64,000 bases of DNA, taken from NCBI GenBank assembly GCA_028700625.1, contig JAQVSI010000001.1, positions 7,570 through 71,569 on the forward strand. Direction: 5' to 3'. This DNA is from Candidatus Shapirobacteria bacterium (GTDB lineage: Bacteria > Patescibacteriota > Microgenomatia > UBA12405). A model generated the notes under the pieces. The model searched no databases and was not told where the DNA came from. It saw only the letters and a program-made list of their open reading frames with translations. Shown here piece by piece: positions 27,991 to 37,383 of this stretch; the first letter of the stretch is position 1, and each line of letters starts with the position of its first letter. The position numbers were made by a program, and so were the translations under genes.

Positions 27991-28233
27991 TTGATTAGTC
28001 TTTTAGAAGATGAAAACAGAGGTTTTAGAGCTAGAAATTCAGCTATTTGGGCTTTAGGTCAATTGGGTAATCCAAATTCTTTACCAACTCTACAAAAATT
28101 TTATACTGGAAATATTCCCGACAGAGAACCATTAGATAAAACTATTAGTCAATATGAATTAAAAAAAGCCATCAACCTTACTAGCGGCGGCAAAAACATT
28201 ACGGCAATTTTTTGGAGATATAATCTAGATTAA
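27991..28233 (+). CDS. Short HEAT/PBS-lyase-repeat-like fragment (possible gene remnant)
   Basis: ARNSAIWALGQLGNPNSLPTLQKF resembles one HEAT-like repeat; too short for a full repeat protein. Confidence 0.2.
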   Translation: MISLLEDENRGFRARNSAIWALGQLGNPNSLPTLQKFYTGNIPDREPLDKTISQYELKKAINLTSGGKNITAIFWRYNLD

Positions 28234-28367
28234 ATTAAAATTAATACCAACTCTATTCTTTTCTTCAAGTAGTATTTTAGTATTCATTCTAGTTTTCAGA
28301 TATTTTTCAGATTGATTTCTTAATATTGATTATTAACAATTAATTAATAACAGGGGGTGAGATTAAA

Positions 28368-28730
28368 ATGAATAAAAAAATAATGTTATTTGGAGGAATG
28401 GCTCTAGTTCTAGGAGGATTAAGCATATTACCTCAAACAATTTTTGCTTATCGAGGAGATACATCCGTCAAAGGTCCTAATTATACCGAAGAAAGACACG
28501 CAATTATGACCGAAGCCTTTAAAAAAAATGATTATAAATCATGGAAAGAACAAATGCAAGGTAAAGGTCGAGTAATTGAAGTTATTAACGAAGGTAATTT
28601 TTCTCGTTTTGCCCAAGCTCATAAATTAGCCGAAGAAGGTAAAATTGATGAAGCTAACAAAATTAGGCAAGAACTTGGACTTGGATTGGGTGGTAGTAAA
28701 GGCAATGGTTTCAACCGAAGAAACCAATAA
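28368..28730 (+). CDS. Small secreted protein (signal peptide, 120 aa) with strong Shine-Dalgarno
   Basis: AGGGGGTGAG 8 nt upstream of ATG; N-terminal hydrophobic signal; followed by a hairpin terminator. Confidence 0.4.
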   Translation: MNKKIMLFGGMALVLGGLSILPQTIFAYRGDTSVKGPNYTEERHAIMTEAFKKNDYKSWKEQMQGKGRVIEVINEGNFSRFAQAHKLAEEGKIDEANKIRQELGLGLGGSKGNGFNRRNQ

Positions 28731-28738
28731 AAGTTAAA

Positions 28739-28782
28739 AACTAACTCTTGTATCTATAGCTACAAGAGTTAGTTTGCTTTTG
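28739..28782 (+). terminator. Rho-independent terminator hairpin (CTAACTCTTGTA / TACAAGAGTTAG stem) followed by TTTGCTTTTGC
   Basis: 12-bp perfect inverted repeat plus T-rich tail read from sequence. Confidence 0.6.
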
Positions 28783-28823
28783 CTATAATTTATTGTAGTC
28801 ATAAAAAAGGGAGGTGATGTAAT

Positions 28824-29036
28824 GTGATAAATGAACTAAATAAAAAGATTAAAAATTTAGATACTTGGGATATGGCTTGTACTAAATTAGCAGTAATGTT
28901 TTTTGTTATGTTCTTATTTTCTGTTTTGCCAGCCTTTAGAGATTTTATTCAGTCAACTAATTATTGGATATTTTTCTTAGGTTGGGTAATTTTTGCCATA
29001 CGACCACTTAAAAGATTTTTTTATAAAAAAGTATAA
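28824..29036 (+). CDS. Small two-TM membrane protein (70 aa) with strong Shine-Dalgarno (AAGGGAGGTGA)
   Basis: ORF plus RBS plus hydrophobicity. Confidence 0.35.
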   Translation: MINELNKKIKNLDTWDMACTKLAVMFFVMFLFSVLPAFRDFIQSTNYWIFFLGWVIFAIRPLKRFFYKKV

Positions 29037-29056
29037 GGATAAAAATCTAATTAGAT

Positions 29057-30443
29057 TTAACTTCCTTTTATTACAAAGTAGCTAAAAAGTCCAAAAAATA
29101 AAATTACTAGTAATAAAATTATTTTTCTCCACCAAGATGGTTTTAGTTCTTTGGCCAGAGTTTTTTGGTTTAACCATAAAACTGCGATGCTATAAATAAA
29201 CATTGTTATTGCATTTAAAAAAGCACTAATTACCACTAATTGTAGAGGTTCTTTAAAACCAACCAATAGAATTATTATTCCTAAAATTATTTGTGTCCAT
29301 AAAAAAGCAAAATAAAAATAAGGTAGTTTATTTGCTTTAAATTTCTTTTGATTTAAAATAATCAAATTTTCAGAGTTAATTCTACTAGTTGCATCCATTA
29401 CTGACAATTGAGTTGAAAACAACATCATGGCTACCAATATTAGAAAAAATGCCCCAATTGTCGGTGCTGTTGATATTGAAATACTTTGTGCTTCTTTAAA
29501 CAAAAAATTAATACCAGACACCCCATCGGTTTTATTGTAAACAGTACTAAAAGCCAATAAACTAAGCAAAATTATTGTTGTTGCTCCAGTAAGCCAAAAG
29601 ACTAATAAATGTTCTAGATTTATTTTTTTCCACCATTCTTTAAATATTTTTAAATTTTCTTTATTAATCGAGAAAGTTTTTCCTTCTAAACTAAATTTTT
29701 ACATTTTTTTTAAGTAAGCTAGTAATTTTTCCTCCATATTTACCCATTCCATATTCTTTTTCTCTTATATAAAAAGATTGAGCTAAGTTTAAATTCCCCC
29801 CGGCTCCAGAATAAGCAAATGCTCCCAGAAAAGTTATTAGAGGTAAAGCTGCTGGTATTAACCAAAAATCATTTCCCTTGCCTATTAATCCTTGAGCTAA
29901 ATTTTGCCAATCATTTCCTTTACTTAGATAAAATGTTAACAAAAATATAAAAGGTACGCCGATAAAAATTAAGAGTTTTTGAATTTTTTCCTGTGTTTTA
30001 TAAGCCACCTTACTTAAACTTAAAATTAGGCCTATGGTTATTAACATTAATATAGCTATTAAGTTAGTGTTTTTAAACCCAAAAATATTAGCTGTTAATA
30101 CTGCTGAAGATAAAATTATTCCTGGCCACATCCAAGGAATAATGGTCGATAAAATAAACCAAATGGGTGAAATAATTTTTAATTTTCTTGCCAAACCAAC
30201 AAACACACTTTCTCCAGTAACAAGAGTATATCTTTCAATTTCCATATTTATAAAAAATTGAAAAGTAATTCCAATTATTGCTGCCCAAACAATTCCTAAT
30301 CCAAAATTAGCCGCTAGATAAGGCCACATTATTAATTCTCCGCTACCCAAACCCATTCCCAATAAGACAAAACTTGGCCCAATCATTTTTTTTAAAATGG
30401 GAGATTTTGGTAATTTAGCTTTACCGATTTCACTAAGTATCAT
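29057..30443 (-). pseudogene. Nramp-related divalent metal transporter-like gene split into two overlapping-frame ORFs (29691-30443 and 29057-29569 plus upstream extension); frameshift near 29690
   Basis: N-terminal ORF resembles Nramp TM1-TM6 (GPSFVLLGMGLGSGELIMWPY.., ..TGESV); C-terminal ORF has ~5 further TMs; the second frame opens exactly where the first stops. Confidence 0.4.
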
Positions 30444-30485
30444 ACAATATTTATATCAAAAAAAAGACATTACATATTTATTGGA

Positions 30486-31085
30486 TTGATTAATCTTTAT
30501 AAAGTAAAATTATTAATAATGACTCCTAATAATAATCATCTTTGGAAGTATAAAAACTTAATAATACTTTTCTTTGGTATTATTTTGGCTATTATTTTAT
30601 CTCAAGTAGAATCTTTTCATTCTTTTTTACTTCACCTAAACAACTTTGGTTATATTGGGGCCTTTATTGCCGGTATACTTTTTGTTTCCACTTTTACTGT
30701 TGCTACTAGTGCTTTAATTTTACTTACTCTTGCCGAAGTTTTATCCCCTATAGAAATTGCTCTAATTGCTGGTCTTGGTGCAGTAGTAGGTGATTTGTTA
30801 ATTTTTAATTTAATCAAAGATAATCTGTTTAATGAAATTAAGGAAATTTATAATAAAATTGACCAAAAAAACCATTTGAAAAAAATATTTTATTCCAAAT
30901 ATTTTAATTGGATGTTACCTGTTATCGGCGCCATTATCATTGCTTCACCACTTCCTGATGAAGTTGGTATTAGCCTAATGGGTTTATCAAAAATAAGTAC
31001 TCCTAAATTTATTTTTATTTCTTACATCTTAAATTCTATTGGCTTGTTTCTAATTATATCGGCATCAGTAGTTATTAAACCTTAA
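30486..31085 (+). CDS. Hypothetical membrane protein (199 aa)
   Basis: Hydrophobic segments only. Confidence 0.35.
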   Translation: MINLYKVKLLIMTPNNNHLWKYKNLIILFFGIILAIILSQVESFHSFLLHLNNFGYIGAFIAGILFVSTFTVATSALILLTLAEVLSPIEIALIAGLGAVVGDLLIFNLIKDNLFNEIKEIYNKIDQKNHLKKIFYSKYFNWMLPVIGAIIIASPLPDEVGISLMGLSKISTPKFIFISYILNSIGLFLIISASVVIKP

Positions 31086-31327
31086 TTTTAGACAAAACAA
31101 TTTCTGGTTTATTCCAAGACTGAAGTTTGTTTTGATATTTATTAATATTACGATTAAAACATTTTAGTAATTTGAATTACTAAGAAAGATAAACCGAAGT
31201 TACTGAATATTGAATCTTAAGGCTAATTCAAAAAAACCAATTATTTTTTAATTGAAGAAGTTTTAAGAGTATAATTAGATAATTATTTAATTAAGTTTAT
31301 TTTTAATATTTTAAAAATAAGGAAAAA

Positions 31328-31561
31328 ATGGTCACTAAAAAGAAAGAAAAAAACAGAGTTAATCCTTTTATTGCTGCCATAACAGGAGCTGTTATTGGAG
31401 CTGGTGTTGCTATTGCTAGTGTTATTTCTTTTAAAGACAAAAAGAATCGCGATAAAGTAAAAAAAGTTTTTATCGATGTTAAAGATAAAACTGAAACTTA
31501 TCTTAAACAAGCTGAAAATAAAGTAAAAAAGAAAAGAAAGGCCAAGAAAATAATTAAATAA
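31328..31561 (+). CDS. YtxH-like small membrane-anchored stress protein
   Basis: AAITGAVIGAGVAIASVISFKDKKNRDKV resembles the YtxH/DUF948 N-terminal motif; Lys-rich tail. Confidence 0.45.
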   Translation: MVTKKKEKNRVNPFIAAITGAVIGAGVAIASVISFKDKKNRDKVKKVFIDVKDKTETYLKQAENKVKKKRKAKKIIK

Positions 31562-31562
31562 T

Positions 31563-33026
31563 CTATCCTATTGCTACTATTTGTCTTAATTTAGGCAAAA
31601 ATATAGATGTATATTCAGCAAAGTCTTCTTTTTGAATTTCTCTTGATCCTGTCTCTCTAGCTGGTTCTCGTCCATGACCTAAAATAAAATTTTCTAATGA
31701 ATTTAAGTTAAATCTTTTGTAAAAATCGATTAATTCATGTCCACTAGCATGGCTACTATTACCATCAGCCCAAATTACTTCTGCAGTTTTTCTTTCTACT
31801 TTTCCATTTTCAATTTCTTTTATCATTTCTGCACCTCTAGTTCCTGGAACTTGAAAACAAGTAAGAATAAATGAATTATTAGGGTTTTGATTAAATTTAC
31901 CGCTTCTATAATTAACCGATCTCCCTCTAGTTACCATTCCACCACTAGCAAATACAATTGCTTTTTCTGAAGAATAAGCTAGATGTTCAACTAATAGTTT
32001 TGACTGTTCATGTGACTCAACTATAGTCAGATTTTTTATATTAAATCGACTCATACTATTTTCCTTAGTTTTATAAAAGCATGGATCATCACCATACCAA
32101 TTACTCATATAATCTGGACCTAAATCTTGATGAACTTTTAATACTTTTCTTGGCAACGGTGCATCCATGTAAAAATGATAATCAAGAAATTGACCCCTAC
32201 ATTCTTGATCATTGTGAAATATTTCCATTGTTGGTGCCAATCTGCCAGCTATAAGTGGCATCACCGAAACTCCACCTCTTTGTGCAGTTTTTGTTACTGC
32301 ATTAAATATATTAATCTCTCTTTCACTAAAAGAAACTGGATCTTTTTCGAAACAAGTTGATTCGGTTAATATCGTGTGAATTCTGCAGTCAGGGTATTTA
32401 CTGGAATATTCATTATAACCACCGCATGTCAATTGATTTGGTCTACCAATATCACCAGTAAATAAGGTATTTTTTTTAGTAACACCATCTTTAATTAATA
32501 CTGACACACTTCCGTTCATGTGGCCGTTTGGTATTAAAATAGCTGTTATTTTACCGTGACGACTTCCAATATCAATTTCTTCAAATGCTTCAATTATTTT
32601 CACTCGTTTTAAAATATCATTAACATCTTTCCTATTATAAAGTGGTTTTTTTTCCTTATCGCTTTCTTGAATTTTTACAGAGTCTTCCAACATTATTTTT
32701 GAAAGTTAAAATGTTTCTCTTGTAGTATAAACATTTGGAGTAAAACCATATTTAGCAATTAATGGAAATAATCCAATGTGATCAATATGGGCGTGAGTCA
32801 TAAAAAAATCTGATGTCCCTCGACAAATTTCACTTATATATTCAAGGTCTCTTAGTCTTCCTTTTTCAGATATTTCTTCAAATTTTCCTTGAAATTTCCC
32901 ATAATCAATTCCGATTTTATTATCTCCACGCTCGTAAATATGGCATGATCCAGTTACTAACCCTCCACTTCCGCCAAAAGATTCAACTGTGACATTATTT
33001 CTTTCGCAAGATTCTATTCTTTTCAT
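31563..33026 (-). pseudogene. Metallo-beta-lactamase-fold beta-CASP nuclease (RNase J/CPSF-like) interrupted by a single in-frame TAA (32706-32708); the two ORFs (32706-33026 and 31563-32693) are in the same frame
   Basis: N-terminal part carries THAHIDHIG (HxHxDH); downstream part carries TESTCF and HASGH beta-CASP motifs; only 4 codons including the stop separate them. Confidence 0.55.
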
Positions 33027-33174
33027 GATATTTTATTCAGTGTATCAATAACCTTATTAAATTATCTATAAGATAAATTTTACTTTTAACAATTTATCCC
33101 TAAAACAACATTTTATTTAAATTATTGTAATTAATTACAATTGGTGTCAAACTTAATTAGTTAAATTTAAAAAT

Positions 33175-33963
33175 ATGAAAAATAAAAATCTTTTTCTAAA
33201 AATCTTTGTTGCTGTTACTTATATAGGAATGGTTGTTGTTAATAGTTTGGCCAATATTATTCCTATTAATGGCGTAAAAACAGGACAAATTTCAGATTCA
33301 TATCAAAATTTATTTGCTCCATCTGGCTTAACTTTTTCTATTTGGAGTCTAATTTATTTTCTTCTTGCCGCCTATACTTTATATCAATTTGGACTTTTTC
33401 AAAAAAACAAAGGAATCAATAAAGATAAATTATTTAAAAAAATTGGAATTTATTTTTCTATCACTTCAATTACAAATATTTTTTGGATTTTTGCTTGGCA
33501 TTATAACTTTATTTTTATCTCAGTCTTGTTGATCGTCAATATTTTATTTTTCTTAATCAAAATTGCTGATATTTTAAACAAAGAAAAATTTTCTTTTAAA
33601 GAAAATTTATTTATAAAAACTCCCTTTAGTGTTTATTTTGGTTGGATAACTGTGGCCGTTATTGCTAATATAACCACTTTTTTAGTCAGTATAAACTGGG
33701 ACGGTTTTGGAATTTCTAATCAAATTTGGACTATTTTAATTCTTCTAATAGGAGCTGTTATTGGTATTTTAAGAATTTTAAAAGACAGAAATATTCCTTA
33801 TGGTCTAGTTTTAATTTGGGCCTACCTAGGCATTTTAATTAAACATAGTTCTCTCGATAAATTTGCCAATCGATATCCCAATATAATTGTTACTTTGATT
33901 ATTTGTATAGTTTTGTTTTCAGTTGCCGAATTCTCGATTTTATTCAACAAAAAAAGACTATAA
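33175..33963 (+). CDS. TspO/MBR-related tryptophan-rich membrane protein (long paralogue, 262 aa)
   Basis: Trp/aromatic-rich TM pattern (FAPSGLTFSIWSLIY.., FWIFAWHYNF, YFGWITVAVIAN) resembling TspO. Confidence 0.4.
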   Translation: MKNKNLFLKIFVAVTYIGMVVVNSLANIIPINGVKTGQISDSYQNLFAPSGLTFSIWSLIYFLLAAYTLYQFGLFQKNKGINKDKLFKKIGIYFSITSITNIFWIFAWHYNFIFISVLLIVNILFFLIKIADILNKEKFSFKENLFIKTPFSVYFGWITVAVIANITTFLVSINWDGFGISNQIWTILILLIGAVIGILRILKDRNIPYGLVLIWAYLGILIKHSSLDKFANRYPNIIVTLIICIVLFSVAEFSILFNKKRL

Positions 33964-33998
33964 TTCTAATTAGTTTAACTTATTAATTACCAGATTGT

Positions 33999-34397
33999 AT
34001 GAATAATACTCAAAGTTGGTATCAAAGTCTAATAAAACCATTCTGGGCCCCTCCAAGTTGGTTATTTGGGCCTACTTGGACAGTTTTATATATATTGATA
34101 TTTATTTCTTTTGGTTACGTTTTTTCTTTATTTTTCAAAGGTAAACTAACTTTTTTAGTTTCATTACCATTTATATTAAATATTTTCTTTAATATTATTT
34201 TTTCCCCCATTCAATTTGGTTTAAAAGACAACTTTTTAGCTTCAATAGATATTATTTTAATTTTATCTACTCTAATTTGGGCCATGTTTTCCATTTTTCC
34301 TCACGCAAAGTGGGTTACTTTTATAAATATTCCTTATTTGCTTTGGGTTTCTTTTGCCACAGTTCTACAAATAACAGTAACTTATTTTAATTGGTAA
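33999..34397 (+). CDS. tspO: TspO/MBR family protein (132 aa)
   Basis: WYQSLIKPFWAPPSWLFGPTWTVLYILI matches the TspO N-terminal signature. Confidence 0.6.
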   Translation: MNNTQSWYQSLIKPFWAPPSWLFGPTWTVLYILIFISFGYVFSLFFKGKLTFLVSLPFILNIFFNIIFSPIQFGLKDNFLASIDIILILSTLIWAMFSIFPHAKWVTFINIPYLLWVSFATVLQITVTYFNW

Positions 34398-34440
34398 TTT
34401 AATTTGAATTTATTGCTCCGATTTGTTAATATAACTGCTC

Positions 34441-34890
34441 ATGATCACAAAATTGGGCAAAGAAAATCTTGAAAAAGAAACAAAAAGCCTTCAAAAAGAA
34501 CTCGAAAGAACCTATAAACAGCGAAACGAAGCTGCTGCCGAAGGGGATTTAAAGGAAAATTCTGCCTATATCTTTATGGGTGAAAGAGCCGGAGTTCTTA
34601 GTTCTCAAATTTCTGAAGCCATGGACGACTTAAGGCAATCAATTGTTCAACCTGTTCCAACTCAATGTGAAACTATTTGTTTTGGCCACCAAGTTTCTGT
34701 TGTTTTTGAATCTGACAAAAAAAATTTAACTCTTACACTCGTTGGTAAAAATGATGCTCGTCTTAAAAAAGATTGGATTTCCATTAAAAGTCCAATAGGG
34801 GAAGCTCTTCTGGGTAAAAAGAAAAATGAGAAAGTTTTAGTCAATGATCAAATAATTACCATTAATGAAATTTCTGTTGGTGAAATTTAA
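34441..34890 (+). CDS. greA: Transcription elongation factor GreA
   Basis: N-terminal coiled-coil, EGDLKENSAY acidic tip motif, C-terminal FKBP-like domain. Confidence 0.8.
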   Translation: MITKLGKENLEKETKSLQKELERTYKQRNEAAAEGDLKENSAYIFMGERAGVLSSQISEAMDDLRQSIVQPVPTQCETICFGHQVSVVFESDKKNLTLTLVGKNDARLKKDWISIKSPIGEALLGKKKNEKVLVNDQIITINEISVGEI

Positions 34891-34899
34891 ATTAAAAAT

Positions 34900-35097
34900 A
34901 TGAGTAAAGAAAATTATAAAAAAGCTCATTATAAAAGAAATTGGATGCCAAACCTAGTCGGTCATCAGCAAAAAAAAACGACTCCCAGAGTTGTGGAAAA
35001 TATTGAAAAAAGAACAATTGAATTTAATCGACTTTTCTTTTCAGAGATTAAACCAGAAATCGAGGCTGCCAAAAGAAAAAATTTAGATCAATTATAA
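34900..35097 (+). CDS. Hypothetical basic small protein (65 aa)
   Basis: ORF followed by a terminator. Confidence 0.3.
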   Translation: MSKENYKKAHYKRNWMPNLVGHQQKKTTPRVVENIEKRTIEFNRLFFSEIKPEIEAAKRKNLDQL

Positions 35098-35117
35098 GAT
35101 TATCCTTTTATAACGCA

Positions 35118-35155
35118 AAAACAGGGTGTTTTTAGCACCCTGTTTTATTGTTTTA
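35118..35155. terminator. Bidirectional rho-independent terminator between convergent genes (CAGGGTG-TTTTTAG-CACCCTG flanked by T/A runs)
   Basis: 7-bp GC-rich stem with T-runs on both strands. Confidence 0.7.
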
Positions 35156-35166
35156 AGAAACGAGAA

Positions 35167-35505
35167 TTAGTATCTGCTTCCGCCACTTCGTCCACCACCA
35201 AAACCACCGTGATCATTACCACCGCGTGAGAAATTATCTCTTCGTGGAGGTCGATCTTCCATTGGTCTGGCTTCGTTAACCTTAACGGCTCGGCCATCCA
35301 ATTCCTTATCATTCCACATTTCGATAGCAGCTTGAGCTTCCTCTTCGCTGTTCATTTCCACAAATCCAAAACCTTTGGATCTACCGGAAAATTTATCTTT
35401 AATAACAATAGCTGAAACAACAGTTCCAGCTTGGGCAAAAGATGCCCCTAAGGTCTCATCGGTAGTATTGAAACTCAATCCTCCGACATACAATTTTTTG
35501 ATCAT
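35167..35505 (-). CDS. RRM-domain RNA-binding protein with Gly/Arg-rich C-terminal tail
   Basis: RNP2 LYVGGL and RNP1 KGFGFVEM motifs. Confidence 0.7.
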   Translation of the reverse strand: MIKKLYVGGLSFNTTDETLGASFAQAGTVVSAIVIKDKFSGRSKGFGFVEMNSEEEAQAAIEMWNDKELDGRAVKVNEARPMEDRPPRRDNFSRGGNDHGGFGGGRSGGSRY

Positions 35506-35639
35506 TGTCTAAAAAATATATAACTGTAGGATCTCTTTTCAAAACTATTCGGCTTGACAGAAACTTCTCTACGTTGATATTGTATCTAATTTGTCAACTA
35601 AAAGCAAATTAATTGACAGTCAACTGTTAAAATACAAAA

Positions 35640-36770
35640 ATGTTTCTAGATCAAAAAAACTATTATTATTCTCTTCCAGATTCTTTAATTGCCAACAAGC
35701 CTGAATCTAGGCGTGATCACTGTCGTCTTTTGTCTTTAAACAAAAAAAATGGCAGTATAAATCACCTTAATTTTTTTGATTTAAAAAAACTTTTAGGCCC
35801 CAATGATGTTTTGGTTTTAAACCAAAGTAAAGTTTTCCCAGCTCGTCTTTTTGGTAAAAAAATAACTGGTGGTAACTTTGAAATCTTGTTACTTCGCCAA
35901 ATCAATGTTTTTTCTTGGTTGGCTATTTCCAAACCCCGTCTAATTGTCGGTCAAAATTTAACTTTTGGTCATAAATTAGAAGCTCAAGTTTTAACAAGCG
36001 ATAAAGATACCGGTCAAATTGAGCTTAAATTTAATCAAAGTCATCAAATTTTTCTTCAAACTTTAGATAAAATTGGATACACTCCACTTCCACCCTATAT
36101 TTCTACCAAGGATTCGGAAAAAGAAATTAGAAAAGAATATCAAACCGTTTATGCTAAAGAATTAGGCTCAGCAGCAGCTCCTACTGCTGGTCTTCACTTC
36201 ACCAAAAAATTAATTTCTGATTTAAAAAAACAGGGAGTTCAAATAGAATATATCACTCTTCATGTTGGTCTTGGAACTTTTCAAAACCTTCGTCCAGAAA
36301 ATATTGCAACTAAAACTCTTCATCAAGAATTTTACGAGATAACTCCAGATACTGCTAATCGCCTTAATCTGGCCAAAAAACAAGGTAAAAGAATTATTGC
36401 TGTCGGCACCACTTCCATCCGCACCCTCGAATCTGCTGCTACATTAATTAATAATAATTTAGAAAATTCTGAATTTACCATTTTTGAAGGCCTTGAACGT
36501 GCGACGCACATTCACCAGCCAAAAAAATGTGTGAAGAGGAATTTTTATAAAATTAACTCTGGCAAAAGTTCAACTCAAATATTTATTTATCCTCCCTACA
36601 AATTCAAATTTGTCGATGCTCTTATTACTAATTTTCACCTTCCAGAATCTAGCCTTTTAATGTTGGTTTCTGCCTTTGCTTCAAAAAAATATGTCTTTAA
36701 GGCTTATCAAGAAGCTATTGAGAAACAATATCGTTTTTTTAGTTTTGGCGACGCCATGTTTATTTTTTAG
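35640..36770 (+). CDS. queA: S-adenosylmethionine:tRNA ribosyltransferase-isomerase
   Basis: YSLPDSLIANKPESRRDHCRLL N-terminus and GTTSIRTLES motif. Confidence 0.8.
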   Translation: MFLDQKNYYYSLPDSLIANKPESRRDHCRLLSLNKKNGSINHLNFFDLKKLLGPNDVLVLNQSKVFPARLFGKKITGGNFEILLLRQINVFSWLAISKPRLIVGQNLTFGHKLEAQVLTSDKDTGQIELKFNQSHQIFLQTLDKIGYTPLPPYISTKDSEKEIRKEYQTVYAKELGSAAAPTAGLHFTKKLISDLKKQGVQIEYITLHVGLGTFQNLRPENIATKTLHQEFYEITPDTANRLNLAKKQGKRIIAVGTTSIRTLESAATLINNNLENSEFTIFEGLERATHIHQPKKCVKRNFYKINSGKSSTQIFIYPPYKFKFVDALITNFHLPESSLLMLVSAFASKKYVFKAYQEAIEKQYRFFSFGDAMFIF

Positions 36771-37100
36771 TTGTATAATAAAAATATGAAAGCGATGAAA
36801 GAATTTGTTGAATTTATTCGTTCTCAAGGTGTTGTTGGTCTAGCTGTCGGTTTTATCATGGGTGGTTCCATCACTAAATTTATTACTTCTTTTGTTAACG
36901 ACATAATCAATCCACTTGTTGGTATTTTAATTAGCAGAGCAGGTGATCTAAGTTCTAATTATTTTGTAATTGGTAATGCCAAAGTTATGTGGGGAAATTT
37001 TATTAGTAATTTTATCGATTTCATTATTATTGCTCTTATCGTTTATTTTGGAGTCAAGATTCTAGGTATTAATAAATTAGATAAAGAAAAGAAAAAATAA
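36771..37100 (+). CDS. mscL: Large-conductance mechanosensitive channel
   Basis: EFVEFIRSQGVVGLAVGFIMGGSITKFITSFVNDIINPLVG matches the MscL TM1 signature. Confidence 0.8.
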   Translation: MYNKNMKAMKEFVEFIRSQGVVGLAVGFIMGGSITKFITSFVNDIINPLVGILISRAGDLSSNYFVIGNAKVMWGNFISNFIDFIIIALIVYFGVKILGINKLDKEKKK

Positions 37101-37119
37101 GTGTTATACTCTGGCTATT

Positions 37120-37383
37120 ATGGGTAAAGAAATTTTAAGTAATATACCATTTATAAAAAAAATTTTAGACGATAGATGTATAAAAAAAATTTCAAAAAAA
37201 ACAGAATTAAGAGATAACAATAACTCTCTTTCTTTAAATGGAGATACTTTTTATAGAGATAATTCTAGATGGTTATGGATGAATAACGGAAACCCTTCAG
37301 GTGAATGTAGTCTAACTTCTAAAGAATTTGGAAAAATGTTAGACCAAATCGTTCAACGAAAAGTAACAAAAAAATCTAATTAG
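37120..37383 (+). CDS. Hypothetical protein (87 aa)
   Basis: ORF only. Confidence 0.25.
   Translation: MGKEILSNIPFIKKILDDRCIKKISKKTELRDNNNSLSLNGDTFYRDNSRWLWMNNGNPSGECSLTSKEFGKMLDQIVQRKVTKKSN

Noticed and set aside
34900-35097. Possible ribosomal protein (L28/S21-like) identity for the 65-aa basic ORF
   Set aside because: The sequence does not match the L28 or S21 conserved blocks on inspection; left as hypothetical
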